DNA from: Squalus acanthias
Lineage: Eukaryota
Assembly: GCA_030390025.1 (NCBI GenBank)
Contig: CM059432.1
Span: forward strand, 107,014,001 to 107,078,000
Direction: 5' to 3'
DNA: 64,000 bases
Shown here: in pieces, positions 38,981 to 52,206 of the stretch
Layout of the letters: each line of letters begins with the position of its first letter
Numbering within the stretch: position 1 is the stretch's first letter
Notes under the pieces: model-generated
The model's input: only the letters and a program-made list of their open reading frames with translations
Told to the model about the DNA's origin: nothing
Databases searched by the model: none
Translations under genes and position numbers: made by a program

Positions 38981-41397
38981 TTAGGTCTACAGAGATTCTG
39001 ATGAATTTCAAGAGCTAAGTTTTATACAAACTTTCTCCTCACTTGCCCGCAGGTTTTCATCATCTGCATTTGACTGGTTTGTGAAACCCACTTAATTCTG
39101 GGTTGCTACGGTTTTCTTTATGAAGTCACGTGACATAATCTGGCCAGTCATAATGTAGAGGTGTGATGTGGCCCCTGGGCTGAGAGCCCATATAAGGCCT
39201 GCAAGCTGTTGAGGCTGCATGGGATTGAACCAAGGCCTGAGATATGCTTGAGGGACAAGAGCTCTACTTGACAAAATTAACAGCCATGGATGACTGAAGA
39301 GGTAAGGGACAGCATAATACTAAAAGAAAAAGCATACAAAAATGCAAAAAATAGCACAGATCCTGGCGAATATGAAAGATACAAAGAACAGCAAAGGGTG
39401 ACAAAACAGACAGTAAGAGCTACAAAAAGGGAATATGAAAAGAAACTTACAGGGGATATCAAAATCAATACGAAGAATTTTTACAATTACATTAGGAAAA
39501 AGAGGGTAGTCAGGAGTTGGCCCCTTAAAAACTGAAAGCGGTGATACTATCAATGATAATAAGGAAATGGCAGACATGTTGAATAATTACTCTGCGTCAG
39601 TATTTACAGTAGAAGAAGAGGATAGCATACCGGAAATCCCATGGAAACTAATATTGGATCAGGACAGGGACTCAATAAAATTAACATAAATAAAATAACA
39701 GTAATGAAGAAAATAATGGCATGAAAGAGTGACAAGTCCCCAGGACCAGATGGTTTCCATCCCAGGGTTTTAAAGGAAGTAGGTGAGCACATTGCAGATG
39801 CCCTAACTATAATCCTCCAAAGTTCTCTTGATTCAGGAACCGTTCCTTTAGATTGGAAAATCGCGTATGCCACTCCATTACTGAAGAATGGCGAGAGAGA
39901 GAAACCAGGGAATTATAGACCAGTTAGCCTAACATCTGTTGTCTGGAAATTGTTAGAGTCTATAATTAAGGATAGAGTGACTGAACATCTCAAAAATTTT
40001 CAGTTGATCAGAGAGAGCCAGCATGGATTTGTGAAAGGCAGGTCATGCCTGACAAACCTGATTGAATTTTATGAAGGGGTGACTAAAATAATAGACAGGG
40101 GAATGTCTATGGATGTTATTTATATGGACTTCCAGAAGGCGTTTGATAAAGTCCCACATAAGAGACTATTAACTAAGGTAGAAGCCCATGGAATTGAGGG
40201 CAAATTATTGACCTGGTTAGGAAATTGGCTGAGCGGCAGGAGACAGAGAGTAGGAATAATGGGCAGGTACTCAAATTGGCAGGATGTGACTAGTGGTGTC
40301 CCGCAGGGATCTGTGTTGGGGCCTCAACTATTCTCAGTATTTATTAACGACTTAGATGATGGTATAGAAAGTCATATATCCAAATTTGCTGATGACACAA
40401 AGATAGGCGGCATTGTAGGCAGTGGAGATGAAAGCATAAAATTACAAAGGGATTAAGTGAATGGGCAAAACTGTAGCAAATGGATTTCAATGTAAGCAAA
40501 TGTGAGGTCATCCACTTTGGACATAAAAAGGATAGAACAGGGTACTTTATAAATGGTGAAAAGCTAAAAACAGTGGATGTCCAAAGAGACTTGGGGGTCC
40601 AGGTACATAGATCATTAAAATGTCATGACCAGGTATAGAAAATAATCAAAAAAGCTAATGGAATGCTAGCATTTACATCTAAAGGACTAGAATGCAAAGG
40701 GGTAGAAGTTATGCTGCAGCTATACAAAGCCCTGGTTAGACCACACCTGGAGTACTGTGAGCAGTTCTGGGCACCACACCTTAGGAAGGATATATTGGCC
40801 TTGGAAAGGAGTGCAGCGTAGGTTTACCAGAATGATACCCGGACTTCAAGGGTTAAGTTACGAGGAGAGATTACACAAATTAAGGTTGTATTCTCTAGAA
40901 TTTAGAAGGTTAAGGGGTGATTTTATCGAAGTTTTCAAGATATTAAGGGGAACAGATAGAATAGATAGAAACTATTTCTGCTGGTTGGGGATTCTAGGAC
41001 TAGGGGGCATAGTCTAAAAGTTAGAGCCAGACCGTTCAGGAGTGAAATTAGGAAACACTTCTACACACAAAGGGTGGTAGAAGTTTGGAACTCTCTTCCG
41101 CAAACGGCAATTGATGCTAGATCAATTGTTAATTTTAAATCTAAGATTGATAGCTTTTAGTTAACCAAAGGTATTAAGGGATATGGGGCAAAGGCGGGTA
41201 TATGGAGTTAGATCGCAGATCAGCCTTGATCTCATTGAATGGCAGAACAGGCTCAAGGGGCTGAATGGCCTACTCCTGTTCCAATGTTCCTATGTGCAAT
41301 AGATTGACCAAGCAAAGATTGGGAGCCCAGCAACCATATTAGAATGTGCAGCTGTTTGTCATCAATATATACACCAGAAGTTTTCTCTGAACTTGTG
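38981..41397 (-). pseudogene. Decayed exon copy 1 (38981-39252 plus 41295-41397), split by a CR1; possibly MROH-like
   Basis: High nucleotide similarity to 58476-58850; acceptor ttttag at 41398; the frame reads GVYIDDKQLHILIWLLGSQSLLGQSIAYLRPWFNP across the insertion. Confidence 0.55.
39253..41294 (+). mobile_element. CR1 LINE, 5'-truncated, degenerate
   Basis: RT ORF pieces at 39290, 39950 and 40757; 3' UTR; short TGC duplication. Confidence 0.9.
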
Positions 41398-42012
41398 CTA
41401 AAATATATAGAAACTGGTACATTTCTGCTAAAAGGCAGATGTTTCTGTAATTCAAAATCAATTTTAAATCAATTATAAAGATCTGACATCAAATGACTGT
41501 TCCCAGGTTTGGAGTGTAAAAGCATAATTTACAGTACCTTCCGATATGAGGAAATATAGGGTTTATTCACTCTAGTGGTATAGTCTAAACTTAGAATTGC
41601 TGGCCTGGAACGTACTGCTCCATGGGGTCTGATGGAGATCCCCCCTCCCCCGGAATAATTAAGAATGAGGCCTTTTATATACTTCATTCTTAAATACTCT
41701 GGGGGCTAAATTGGATAGCCCCGAAAACAGACGCAGGAATCGCGATGCTCGATTAACCCACGCCCGTTGCTTCTGATGCAGGCAGCACGCCAACTTCATG
41801 CTGCCTGCTAATCTACATGATTGCTGCATGCAGCCAGAGCTAACTGTTGAGTGGCTGCATGCCTCAGTAGGGGGCCCAAGATTGTTCAAGTCTAGCACCA
41901 CTTAAAGCTAGCCTGCACCTCTTAAAGGGGAGGTGCATTCTGGCTGGAGCAGGTGCTGGAACTCTTTGTGAAAGAGAGTCTGAACTGGAAGAAGAGTGAT
42001 TTATGGTGCAAC

Positions 42013-43167
42013 AAGTCCCGCATGGCAGACTGGTCACGAAAGTAAAAGCCCATGGGATCCAAGGCAAAGTGGCAAGTTGGATCCAAAATTGGCTCAAAGG
42101 CAGAAAACAAAGGGAAATGGTCAAAGGGTGCTTTTGTGACTGGAAGGCTGTTTCCAGTGGGGTTCCGCAGGGCTCAGTACTGGGTCCTTTGCTTTTTATG
42201 GTATATATCAATGATTTGGACTTGAATGTAGGAAGTATGATTAAGAAGTTTGCAGATGATACAAAAATTGGCCGTGTGGTTGATAATGAAGAAGAAAGCT
42301 GCAGACTGCAGGAAGATATCAATGGACTGGTCAGGTGGGCAGAACAGTGGCAAATGGAATTCAATCTGGAGAAGTGTGAGGTAATGCATTTGGAGAGGGC
42401 TAACAAGGCAAGGGAATACACTATAAATGGTAGGACACTGAGAAGTGCAGAAGGTCAGAGGGACATTGGAATGCATGTCCACAGATCTCTGAAGGTAGCA
42501 GGACAGGTAGATAAGGTGGTTAAGAAGACATACGGGATACTTGCCTTTATTAGCCGAGGCATAGAATATAAGAGCAGGGAGGTTATGCTTGAATTGTATA
42601 AAACACTAGTTAGGCCTCAGCTAGAATACTGCGCGCAGTTCTGGTCACCACATTACAGGAAAGATATGATTGCACTAAGGGGGTGCAGAGGAGATTTACG
42701 AGGATGTTGCCTGGGCTGGGGAATTTTAGCTATGAGGAAAGATTGGATAGGCTGGGGTTGTTTTCTTTGGAACAGAGGAGGCTGAGGGGAGACCTAATTG
42801 AGGTGTATAAAATTATGAGGGGCCTAGATAGAGTGGATAGGAAGGACCTATTTCCCTTAGCAGAAGGGTCAATAACCAGGGGGCATAGATTTAAAGTAAT
42901 TGGTCGGAGGTTTAGAGGGGATTTGAGGAGAAATTTTTTCACCCAGAGGGTGGTGGGGTCTGGAACTCACTGCCTGAAGGGTGGCAGAGGCACAGACCCT
43001 CATCACATTTAAAAAGTACTTGGATATGCACTTGAAGTGCCGTAACCTACAAGGCTACGGACCAAGTGCTGGAAAGTGGGATTAGGCTGGATAGCTCTTT
43101 GTCAGCCGGCACGGACACGGTGGGCCGAATGTCCTCCTTCTGTGCTGTAAATTTCTATGATTCTATG
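42013..43167 (+). mobile_element. CR1 3' fragment inserted just after the Harbinger Myb gene ATG
   Basis: Starts at VPHG; TTCTATGA tail; AACA duplicated at both ends. Confidence 0.9.
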
Positions 43168-43180
43168 AACAGGGGAGAGA

Positions 43181-45416
43181 ATGGCTCCAAGGTTCCCTGA
43201 TGCTGCACTAGAGGCCTGGGTGGAGGAGGTGGAGAAGAAGAGAGAGGTCCGGTTTCCACAGGGAGCAAGGAGGCCCTCCAGACAAACTCTGCAAAAACAA
43301 TGGGAGCAGATAGCTGTGGCGGTCAATGCCAGGAGTCAGGCCCCGAGGACCTGGATGCAGTGCTGCAAGAAGTTCAATGACCTCACACGAGTGGTCAAGG
43401 TCAGTGAATGCATCTTCAAATGCCATATCCCACCAACTGCACCACTAGCCTCACACACTGCTTCACCTCACCCTTACAGCCTTAGCACTGCTGGAAGTCT
43501 CACACCCACATCTCACAGTTTGCACACACTGCCAGCTATTCAACCATGACAGGCACATCACCCAAACAGATTGCACCACCCTCACTGACACACTTCCCTC
43601 TCTCATATAGGACAAGTTGACGCATAACTAGATGCAGCAGGATCTTACCCCAATGGAGGAGACGGTGTTCACCATCATTGGAGCGGCCATCGCTGAAGCC
43701 ATGGCTAGCAGTGAGGCTGAAACCATCGAAGATGATGGTATCCTCATACCTAATCCTCCTTCTCACATTCCACTTCCACCTCATCCCACAATAACTTTTG
43801 ATTTAAAAGCTGCAGATGGCACAAGCATGCACCTCTTACTTTCCCCCCTCCTCACCGCAACCCTACTCATGTGCCTTTCTCCTTTCAGATAGACAAGAAC
43901 TGCAAACTGGCCAGACGGTGGTGGAAGAGCAACAGGTGGAAGAGGAAGAAGACAGTTATGATGACGAAATAGTCACTCGATTTCACACTCGCCGTCACCA
44001 GCTCTGATACTGACACTGCCTGTAATTTAGAGATTAGTTTAGAGGCGGGTTCTGCACATGGTGAGACACCAGGCCCGAGTGGCCTGCAGCCAGAGCAGGG
44101 GGCAAGGGTAGCACAGGTGCCAGCTCACCTGAGGGCAAGGTCGCACGAGGTTCTACTGCCAGAGGACTCAGCTGAGCACTTCGATGGGACAGGCTACAGA
44201 AGATGGCTGACGGGTCTGCACAATGAAATGCTTGGTGCATTGGGAAGCCTGCCAGAAAGCCTGCGTGCAATGTCAAAAAGAAAGACTTGCATTTATATAG
44301 CACCTTTCACAACCACCGGACATCTCAATGCACTTTACAGCCAATGAAGTACAGTCACTGTTGTAATGTAGGAAACGCGGCAGCCAATTTGCACACAGCA
44401 AGGTCCCACAAACAGGAATGTGATAATGACCAGTTAATCTGTTTTTGTTATGTTGGTTGAGGGATAAATATTGGCCAGGACACCGGGGATAACTCCCCTG
44501 CTCTTCTTTGAAATAGTGCCATGGGATCTTTTACGTCCACCTGAGAGAGCAGACGGGGCTTCGGTTTAACGTCTCATCCGAAAGACGGCATCTTCGACAG
44601 TGCAGCACTCCCTCAGCACTGCACTGGAGTGTCAACCTAGCTTTATGTGCTGAAGTCCCTGGAGTGGGACGTAAACCCACAACTTTCTGACTCAGAGGCG
44701 AGGATGCTACCCACTGAGCCCACAGCTGACACTGTCAAGGAGCATGGAGGAGTCCAGCACCAACTTGGCAAAGGGTTTTGCGCAGAGCTTGGAGCCCATG
44801 ATTTCCAGCATGGAAGTGGTGGCCAACTCTATTAGCGCACTTGTGGACCCAACCAAGGTGCAGCGTCTGATGGCCGATGTCTCAGCTTCCATTGCAGCAC
44901 AAGCAGAAGCCACCCAAGGTCTGGTTGCTGCAGTGGAAGCTCAGACTTCTGTCATGCAAGGGCAGCTTGCTGCCATGCAAGCTCAGTCTGCTGCCATCAT
45001 GTGTTCAAAGGGGCTTGTAGGGTGTCACAGCAGTCCAGCAATCTGTCCTCCAGCAGATTATTAGGAATGCTGAGGCGCCTCCCCGGGGGATGGCAGTGGC
45101 TCCATGGAGCACGAACCTGCTGTCATGGCGTGACAGCATTCATCCTCCCACCACTGCCACTCCGCCAGTGCCCTTGCTGCTGCTTGTCAGCCAGCCAGCT
45201 CAGACTGTTGCCGAGTTGGTGCAGTCTCCAGCCGTGTCTTCTAGGCCCAGAGCTGCTCCTGGTCATCCTCCATGGCCATCTGCAGTCTCCCCCACTGAAA
45301 GCCATCAGCCACCTACCAGCCATGCTGCAGCCATTGGGGTAGCACTGCGTAGGAGCACTAGGAGAGGCAAAGGCACACGGAAGACAGGCACTAAAGGAAT
45401 TCACAAGGGTGATTAG
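43181..45416 (+). pseudogene. Harbinger Myb/SANT-like (MSANTD/NAIF1-type) DNA-binding protein, 3 exons
   Basis: APRF..LE..VE...WEQIAVAVNA...RTWMQCCKKFNDL. Phase-compatible GT-AG introns at 43400-43610 and 43738-43888. Acidic, coiled-coil-like and Pro-rich C-terminal regions follow. Confidence 0.85.
44277..44732 (-). mobile_element. Full-length DeuSINE (SacSINE1-like)
   Basis: tRNA head, Deu domain and tail; TSD TGTCAA (44271-44276 and 44733-44738). Confidence 0.92.
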
Positions 45417-45610
45417 CTGATGTTTGTATGCAATATGGCATGGTTTGATTTCTAAATTTGGTTTGGAATGTTTATTTTGTGTTGGCTTTTATTCTTGCTC
45501 TGTGGCCAAGAGGATGCTGTGATGGTCAGTAACAGAGGGAAGGTAAGGTGAATCCACTCTTGGTGAATGGAGAATTGGAGTTGCGTTTACTGGTATTTCA
45601 GTCGGATGAG

Positions 45611-46730
45611 TCATTCATGGACAGCCTGGCCAGAAAGGGGCTGTCGAGGTTGCCTCCTCGCTTCCTCTTCCTTCTCTTCCTCCTCCTCCTCCAGCTCCTC
45701 CACCTCCTGCTCCTCCTCTTCCTGCTCCTCAACTGCTCGCCGTATAGCTGGTGGCAAGGGCTGTGCCCTCCTGATGGCGAGGTCGAGTAGCATGCAACAG
45801 ACCACCATGAATCTTGACACCTGCTCTGCCGAGTACTGCAGGGCTCCTCCAGAGCGGTCCAGGCAGCGGAAACTTTGTTTCAACATGCCAATCGTCTGCT
45901 CTATCACATTTTGTGTGACAGCATGGCTTTCATTGTATGCATGCTGCCTACGTGTGCATGGTTTGTGCACCGCAATCATGAGCCATGTTGTCAGCGGATA
46001 GCTCTTGTCACCCAATAGCCACCCTTTGCTTTATAATGGTGGCTCAAATACAGATGGCACAGCGGACTGCCGCAGAATGAAGGCATCATGACTGCCGCCA
46101 GGATATCGGGCACTGACCTACATGATTCGCTGCCTATGGTCGCACACCAGTGGGATGTTGAGTGAGTGGAATCCCTTTCGGTGTGGTACATCTCAGAGTT
46201 GACATACGGCGCCTGCAAAGCGACGTGTGTGCAGTCAATGGCACGCTGCATCATGGGGAAGCCTGCACTCCTTGTGAAGCCGCGTGCTCGCTCTGCCTGC
46301 TGCTCTCTGGCAAGAGAGAATGAAAGCTCTCTTGGAATACAGAGCCTCAGTGACCTCCCTTATGCAACAGTGATGGCAGACTGGGAGATGCAGCAAATAT
46401 CGCCTGCTCCAGCCTGGAAGAGGCCCGACGCATAAAAGTTCACCGCCACGGTCACCTTCACGGTCCTTGCTCTGCTCTGAGGTTGCAGTTGTGGCTGCAG
46501 CAGGTGGCAGATTTCAGTGAGGACGTCCTTACTGAAGCGCAGACATCTCACGCACTGTTCCTCGCTGAGGTTCAGGTAGGTGAATTGCTCCCTGAACACA
46601 CTGGGCAGAAATGGCCTCCTGCTGAGAGCCCTTCTCCTCCTCCTTCTCCTTGTCCTGCTCTGCCTGCCCTCTGTTCATTCTCTAAGTCATGCTCTGTTCC
46701 AAGAGGAATTCCCACTCGTGCACCCAGGTC
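45611..46730 (-). pseudogene. Harbinger (HARBI1-like) DDE transposase, frameshifted
   Basis: Motifs AIDCTHV, GSSHDAFI, GDKSYPL, YNESH..T..VIEQTIGMLK..FRCL; N-terminal LSEEQCVRCLRF. Confidence 0.9.
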
Positions 46731-46808
46731 TGGGAGCATCTGGTTTGTGCAGAACCCTTGAAGTCAGGACAAAGTCCTTTAGCACCTGCCACACTGTAGA
46801 CTTTAGCA

Positions 46809-48690
46809 CAGGGGTGGGCAATTATTTGGGCTGGAGGGCCACTTAACAAGTTTTGGTGAGTTGTTGAGGGCCACACACCAGTGTTTCCCCTAAGATGCAC
46901 ACCAATCGCGAGGTCCCGCACAGGTCGCTCACCAGCTCCTGCCACTAGAAGAGATCATGTGCAGCAAATTTAAAGGGACCACGAACGAAAAAAAATTAGA
47001 GGGAACTTTGCATAAACATAAACATAAATTCAGATAGTAAACATAGAAACATAGAATCTAGGAGCAGGAGTAGGCCATTCGGCCCGTCGAGCCTGCTCCG
47101 CCATTTAATACGATCATGGCTGATCATCCAAATCCAGTACCCTGTCCCTGCTTTAATCCCCACAGTACACATATCCCACCCTACCCCCGTAACACCACGT
47201 ATTTAATTCCCCCTAACATATCCCATCCTATCCCCATAACCCCACATATTTAATCCCCCCTAACACTAAGGGTCAATTTATCATAGCCAAATCAACCTAA
47301 CCCACACATTTTTGGACTGTGGGAGGAAACCGGAGCACCCGGAGGAAACCCACGCAGACACGGGGAGAATGTGCAAACTCCACACAGACAGTCACCCGAG
47401 GTCAGATTCGAACCCGGGTCTCTGGCGCTGTGAGGCACCAGTGCTAACCACTATGCCACCGTGTTGCCCGTGATAGTAGTCAGATACTATCTTAAATACA
47501 CAAAATGTGTTGTAAAATAGTAAAATCTTCCGTTATTAAATGAATGAAATGATTGATCGATCGATTACATGTTGTACTGAAAGTCTATGTGGCTCGAGTC
47601 TGCAGGGCCTCCGACGTGAGTGGTGTTCTCTTTTAGTGTGCTGTGTACGGGAACCCGAGGCTTCGCAAGGCCTGAACTACAATCGCGTCCCATTACCTAG
47701 AGTCCTTCTGCTCCAGAAACCACTCCCGTGTCTAAGACGGCAATGAGAACTCCCCTGCTGTCGTACTCTGGGTACCGGGAGTAGAGCAAACCATTCTTTT
47801 TGCTATCTATATAGTATTGTATATGTAATTAGCAATATTGGAAAATAATATTGTTTGAAAATGTGTTCCTACAATGATATATTTTAAAATCTCCTGCAGT
47901 AATAGAACTAGCATTATATGTGATAGTAATCAGAATGGCAGGATGAATGTCCAAGTGATTCTAAGTGTGTCTCATTTGTAGGTTTACATTATAATATTTA
48001 AAACTTAAACTGAAGAAGAAAAGTAATCTTATTCATATTTGAAAAAGAACTGATTACTCACAAATGCCAATTATTGCCTTCCTTTTGCAGCGTTTAACGA
48101 CTGGATGATTGGTGCAGATCTGATGCAAGGTGCTTTTTGTGCAACCTATGTAACAGGTAGAATTTTTTGCAGTTTGCTATATCATTGGATTAAGTTGTCA
48201 AGAGGATTGTATCTACAGATAATAAATCCTTATCAGTTCTGGAGAGGAAAGACACAGCACTGGTCTCTTTCTTCGGTAAAAGAGCCCTCGGGAGGAGCAG
48301 CCATGAGTTGACGGAGGAGGAGTGTCCAGTGCACACGGGCAGCAGCCCCCCACCAGCCAGCGATGAGTGGTGGATTTGGCGGATTTTAGAAAGGTGGTTG
48401 AGGGAGCCAGAGCGGGAGAGAGCCACAGACAGACGTTAGGTCGGCTCCGAGACACAAAAGGGAAGCAGATCTGCACCAGACATTTGCAGCAGTCCCGGCA
48501 GCTTTATTTTTTTTAATTGCCCCGGTTCAGGGTCACAGCCTACTCCCAGGCCGCAGTAACCCTGAGCGAGCTCTTCATGGCCCACCCTCACAAGACTCAC
48601 AGACAAATGTGCAGCTCGAGCTCCTGTGGGCTGGATAGAATGAACTGGCGGACAATATACAGCCCACGGGCCGTATTTTGCCCACCTCTA
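46809..48690. mobile_element. Non-autonomous hAT element (1.88 kb)
   Basis: TIRs CAGGGGTGGGCAA / TTGCCCACCTCTA; perfect 8-bp TSD CTTTAGCA (46801-46808 and 48691-48698). Confidence 0.92.
47040..47471 (-). mobile_element. HE1-type V-SINE
   Basis: tRNA head; V-domain gtgtggagtttgcacattctccccgtgtctgcgtgggtttcctccggg; HER1/CR1 3' tail; probable TSD GATAGTA. Confidence 0.9.
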
Positions 48691-49349
48691 CTTTAGCAAC
48701 TTTAAAGCACCAAACACTTTTTACAGTCGTAGCAACAGCCAGTAGAAATCAATCAGCAACTAACCTGAAAGTAGTTGATGATCCCTTTACTAGCGCTGGT
48801 GGGGGGTCCTTCCTGCTGCTGAACTCGTGTTCAACTGTGCGAGTTGAAGAGAGGGTGTTAGCTGGAGCGTTGAGCTCCAAAATGGCAGCGCTGGCATCAA
48901 ATCAGCGTTACACGCTAATTGAGATCACGATCTGCCTACTCTGCATACATCTGGCAGACGCTCACTGCACGCGCGCTAACGCCCTCACCAAGATGGCGTC
49001 CAGCGCGGCTCGCATCAGAAGTATGTGCGGACACTGCGGACGCCATTTTGGAACCTAAACGGCAATCATAGTGCCCAAACAACAGCTGAATTTTGCGGCT
49101 TCTCACTTTAAATGATATTGGAGTCTCTGCCTCAACAGCCACTTGTGGTAAAGTATTCGCCACATTAACTTCCACCTGGGAGCTCCCGATTTTCAGCTGT
49201 ACCTTGGGCGGAAGATCCGTGGCAACCCTGGAGAAATGGCGCAAATGCTGTTTCCGTAGATCTTCAGCTGAAGTTACCTCAGACGATCGGGAGAAACCCC
49301 TGGGGGAATTCTACCCCTCCATGTCCTAAGTTAACCTCTGTGTGGAAAA

Positions 49350-50873
49350 AAAAGAGGAAATAGCAGAGGCCCTGACAATCATTTTCCAATCCTCTCTGGC
49401 TTCAGGTGTGGTGCCGGAGGTCTGGAGGACTGCTAATGTGGTACCCTTGTTTAAAAAGGGAGAAAAGGATAGACCGAGTAATTACAGGCCAGTCAGCCTA
49501 ACCTCAGTGGTGGGAAAATTATTGGAAAGAATTCTGAAGGACAGGATAAATCTTCATTTAGAAAGACACGGATTAATCAAGTATAGTCAGCACGGATTTG
49601 TTAAGGGAAGGTCGTGTCTGACAAACTTGATTGAATTTTTTGAAGAGGTAACAAGGAGGGTAGATGAGGGTAGTGTGTTTGATGTAGTGTATATGGACTT
49701 TAGCAAGGCTTTTGATAAGGTTCCACATGGCAGACTGGTCACAAAGTTAAAAGCCCATGGGATCCAGGGCAAAGTGTCAAGTTGGATTTAAAACTGGCTC
49801 GGAGACAGGAAGCAGAGGGTAATGGTTGATGGGTGTTTTTGTGACTGGAAGGCTGTTTCCAGTGGGTTCCGCAGGGCTCAGTACTAGATTCCTTGCTTTT
49901 TATGGTATATATCAATGATCTAGATTTGAATATAGGGGGTATGATTAAGAAGTTTGCAGATGATACTAAAATCGGCTGTGTGGTTGATACTAAAGAAGGA
50001 AGCTGTAGACTGCAGGAAGATATCAATAAATTGGTCAGGTGGGCAGAACAGTGGCAAATGGAATTCAATCTGGAGAAGTGTGAGGTAATGCATTTGGGGA
50101 AGGCTAACAAGGAAAGGGAATACACATTAAATGGTAGGACACTGAGTAGTGTAGAGGAACAAAGGGACCTTGGGGTGCATGTCCACAGATCCCTGAAGGT
50201 AGCAGGCCAGGTAGATAAGGTGGTTAAGAAGGCATACGGAATGTTTGCCTTTATTAGCCGTGGCATAGAATACAAGAGCAGGGGGGTTATGCTTCAACTG
50301 TATAAAATACTAGTTAGGCCTCAGCTAGAGTACTGCGTGCAGTTCTGGTCACCACATTACAGGAAAGATGTGATTGCACTAGAGAGGGTACAGAGGAGAT
50401 TTACAAGGATGTTGCCGGGAGTAGAGAATCTTAGCTATGAGGAAAGACTGGATAGGCTGGGTTTGTTTTCCTTGGAACAGAGGAGGCTGAGGGGAGACCT
50501 TATTGAGGTGTATAAAATTATGAGGGGTCTAGATAAAGTGGATAGAAAGGACCTATTTCCCTTAGCAGAGGGGTCAAAAACCAGGGGGCACAGATTTAAA
50601 GTAATTGGTGGAAGGTTTAGAGGGGATTTGAGGGGAAGTTTCTTCACCCAGAGGGTTGTGGGGGTCTGGAACTCATTGCCTGAAAGGGTGGTAGAGGCAG
50701 GAACCCTAACCACATTTAAAAAGTACTTGGATGTGCACTTGGGATGCTGTAACCTGCAGGGCTACGGACCAAGAGCTGGGAAGTGGGATTAGGCTGGATA
50801 GCTCTTTGTTGGCCGGCGCGGACACAATGGGCCGAAATGGCCTCCTTCCGTGCTGTAACTTTCTATGATTCTC
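49350..50873 (+). mobile_element. CR1 LINE, 5'-truncated
   Basis: RT ORFs at 49342 and 49893, followed by the 3' UTR. Confidence 0.92.
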
Positions 50874-50904
50874 CCTTAATTCTTCAATGCTAACTCTTGG
50901 TAAT

Positions 50905-52090
50905 TGGAACATAGGAACAGGAATAGATCATTCAGCCCCTCGAGCGTGTTCCTCCATTCAATCATGATTTTTGCTACATATCCCATTATTCCTTTACCTA
51001 ACAAAAATCTATCGATCATCAAAAATTTATTAAACAATGTCCTGAAAGCTCCAATTGTGCCAGCATTCAAAGACCTTTGGAGGGGTGAGTTTGAGATTTC
51101 TATTGCCCATTGTGTAAAGAAACGCTTCCTGATTTCAGTTTGGAATGACCTGGCTCTAATATTAAGATTATGACCCCTTGTCATGGATTCCCCCATCAGA
51201 GAAAATAGTTTCTTTGTATCTACTCTATTGAATGCTTTCGTAATTTTAAACACCTTAATTAGATCACCACTCAAACCAATGTCCTGTACATTTTCGACAT
51301 TTCTTCCTTGCTTTCATATTCAGTGCTGTGATGCAGTTCATAGAAGTTTACACCACCTAAGGAGGTTATTTGGCCCATTGTGTCTCTAGTGGCTTTTTGC
51401 TAGCACAATCCCACACTAATCCCACTGCTCTGATTTCTTCTCATAGCCCTGTATCTGCCTCTACTTCAAATATGTATCTACGTTTTGCTTAAAAGATGCA
51501 ATCATATCTGTCTTAACTGCTCCCTATGCCAAAACATTCCAAGAACCCTCTACATGAGGGCATTTTTCCTAACCTTTCCCCTCGCAAGCTTGGTGCAGAT
51601 TTTAAATTGATCAATCTTGGTTACTGCCTCCTCAATCAGAAGAAACAGTCTTCCCCTGTTCACCCTATCAAAACCCTGATTAATTTTAAAAACCTCTTAG
51701 CCTACGCTGCTCCAGTGTAAATAGTCCCAGTATCTCAAGTCTCTCCTCATAACCATAACTTCCCACACCAGCAATGTCTGGATGAATTTACACTTTGTGC
51801 TCTCTATGGCTTTAATGTCATTTCTTTAATGGGATGCCACAACTGCACACAGTCTGAAACTGTGGCCTAATCAATGTTAGTCACAAATTTATCATTACTT
51901 CTTAACTCTTTGTTCCTCCACTCTTACTACAGTTACTTTCCCAAAATGTACTGTATCACATTTCTCTGCACTGAACTGTATCTGCCACCCATTGGCCCAC
52001 TACACTAATCTGTAAATGTCCTCTTGCTATTTCCTATTCTTCTTCACAGTTTGCCTTATCCCTAATTTGGTTATCAGAAACTTTTGTGCC
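50905..52090 (-). mobile_element. Old CR1 3' fragments
   Basis: GDLIKVFKI...FFTQ in ORF 50876-51274; a more decayed copy lies at 51335-52090. Confidence 0.65.
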
Positions 52091-52206
52091 TATGCCAGAA
52101 TCACTGTGTGGTATGCATAGAAATAATTAGTTGAAACTGTGCATTGATGGTTTTTTTTTAATTCGTTCCTGGGATGTGGGCATCACTGGCAAGGCCAGCA
52201 TTTATT

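Larger units (their letters stand above)
41700..49100. mobile_element. Degenerate autonomous-type PIF/Harbinger transposon with nested insertions
   Basis: Convergent Myb/SANT and DDE transposase genes; 48699-49100 is homologous (inverted) to the terminus at 58853-59250. Exact ends are approximate. Confidence 0.8.

Noticed and set aside
41864..42421. Numerous antisense or alternate-frame ORFs over LINEs
   Set aside because: These are shadow frames recurring in every CR1 and family B copy, with no independent motifs.
46879..47010. Tiny nested hAT MITE (CAGTGTTTCCCCTAA / TTAGAGGGAACTTTG)
   Set aside because: The TIRs match at only 11 of 15 positions and there is no clear 8-bp TSD; possible but unsupported.
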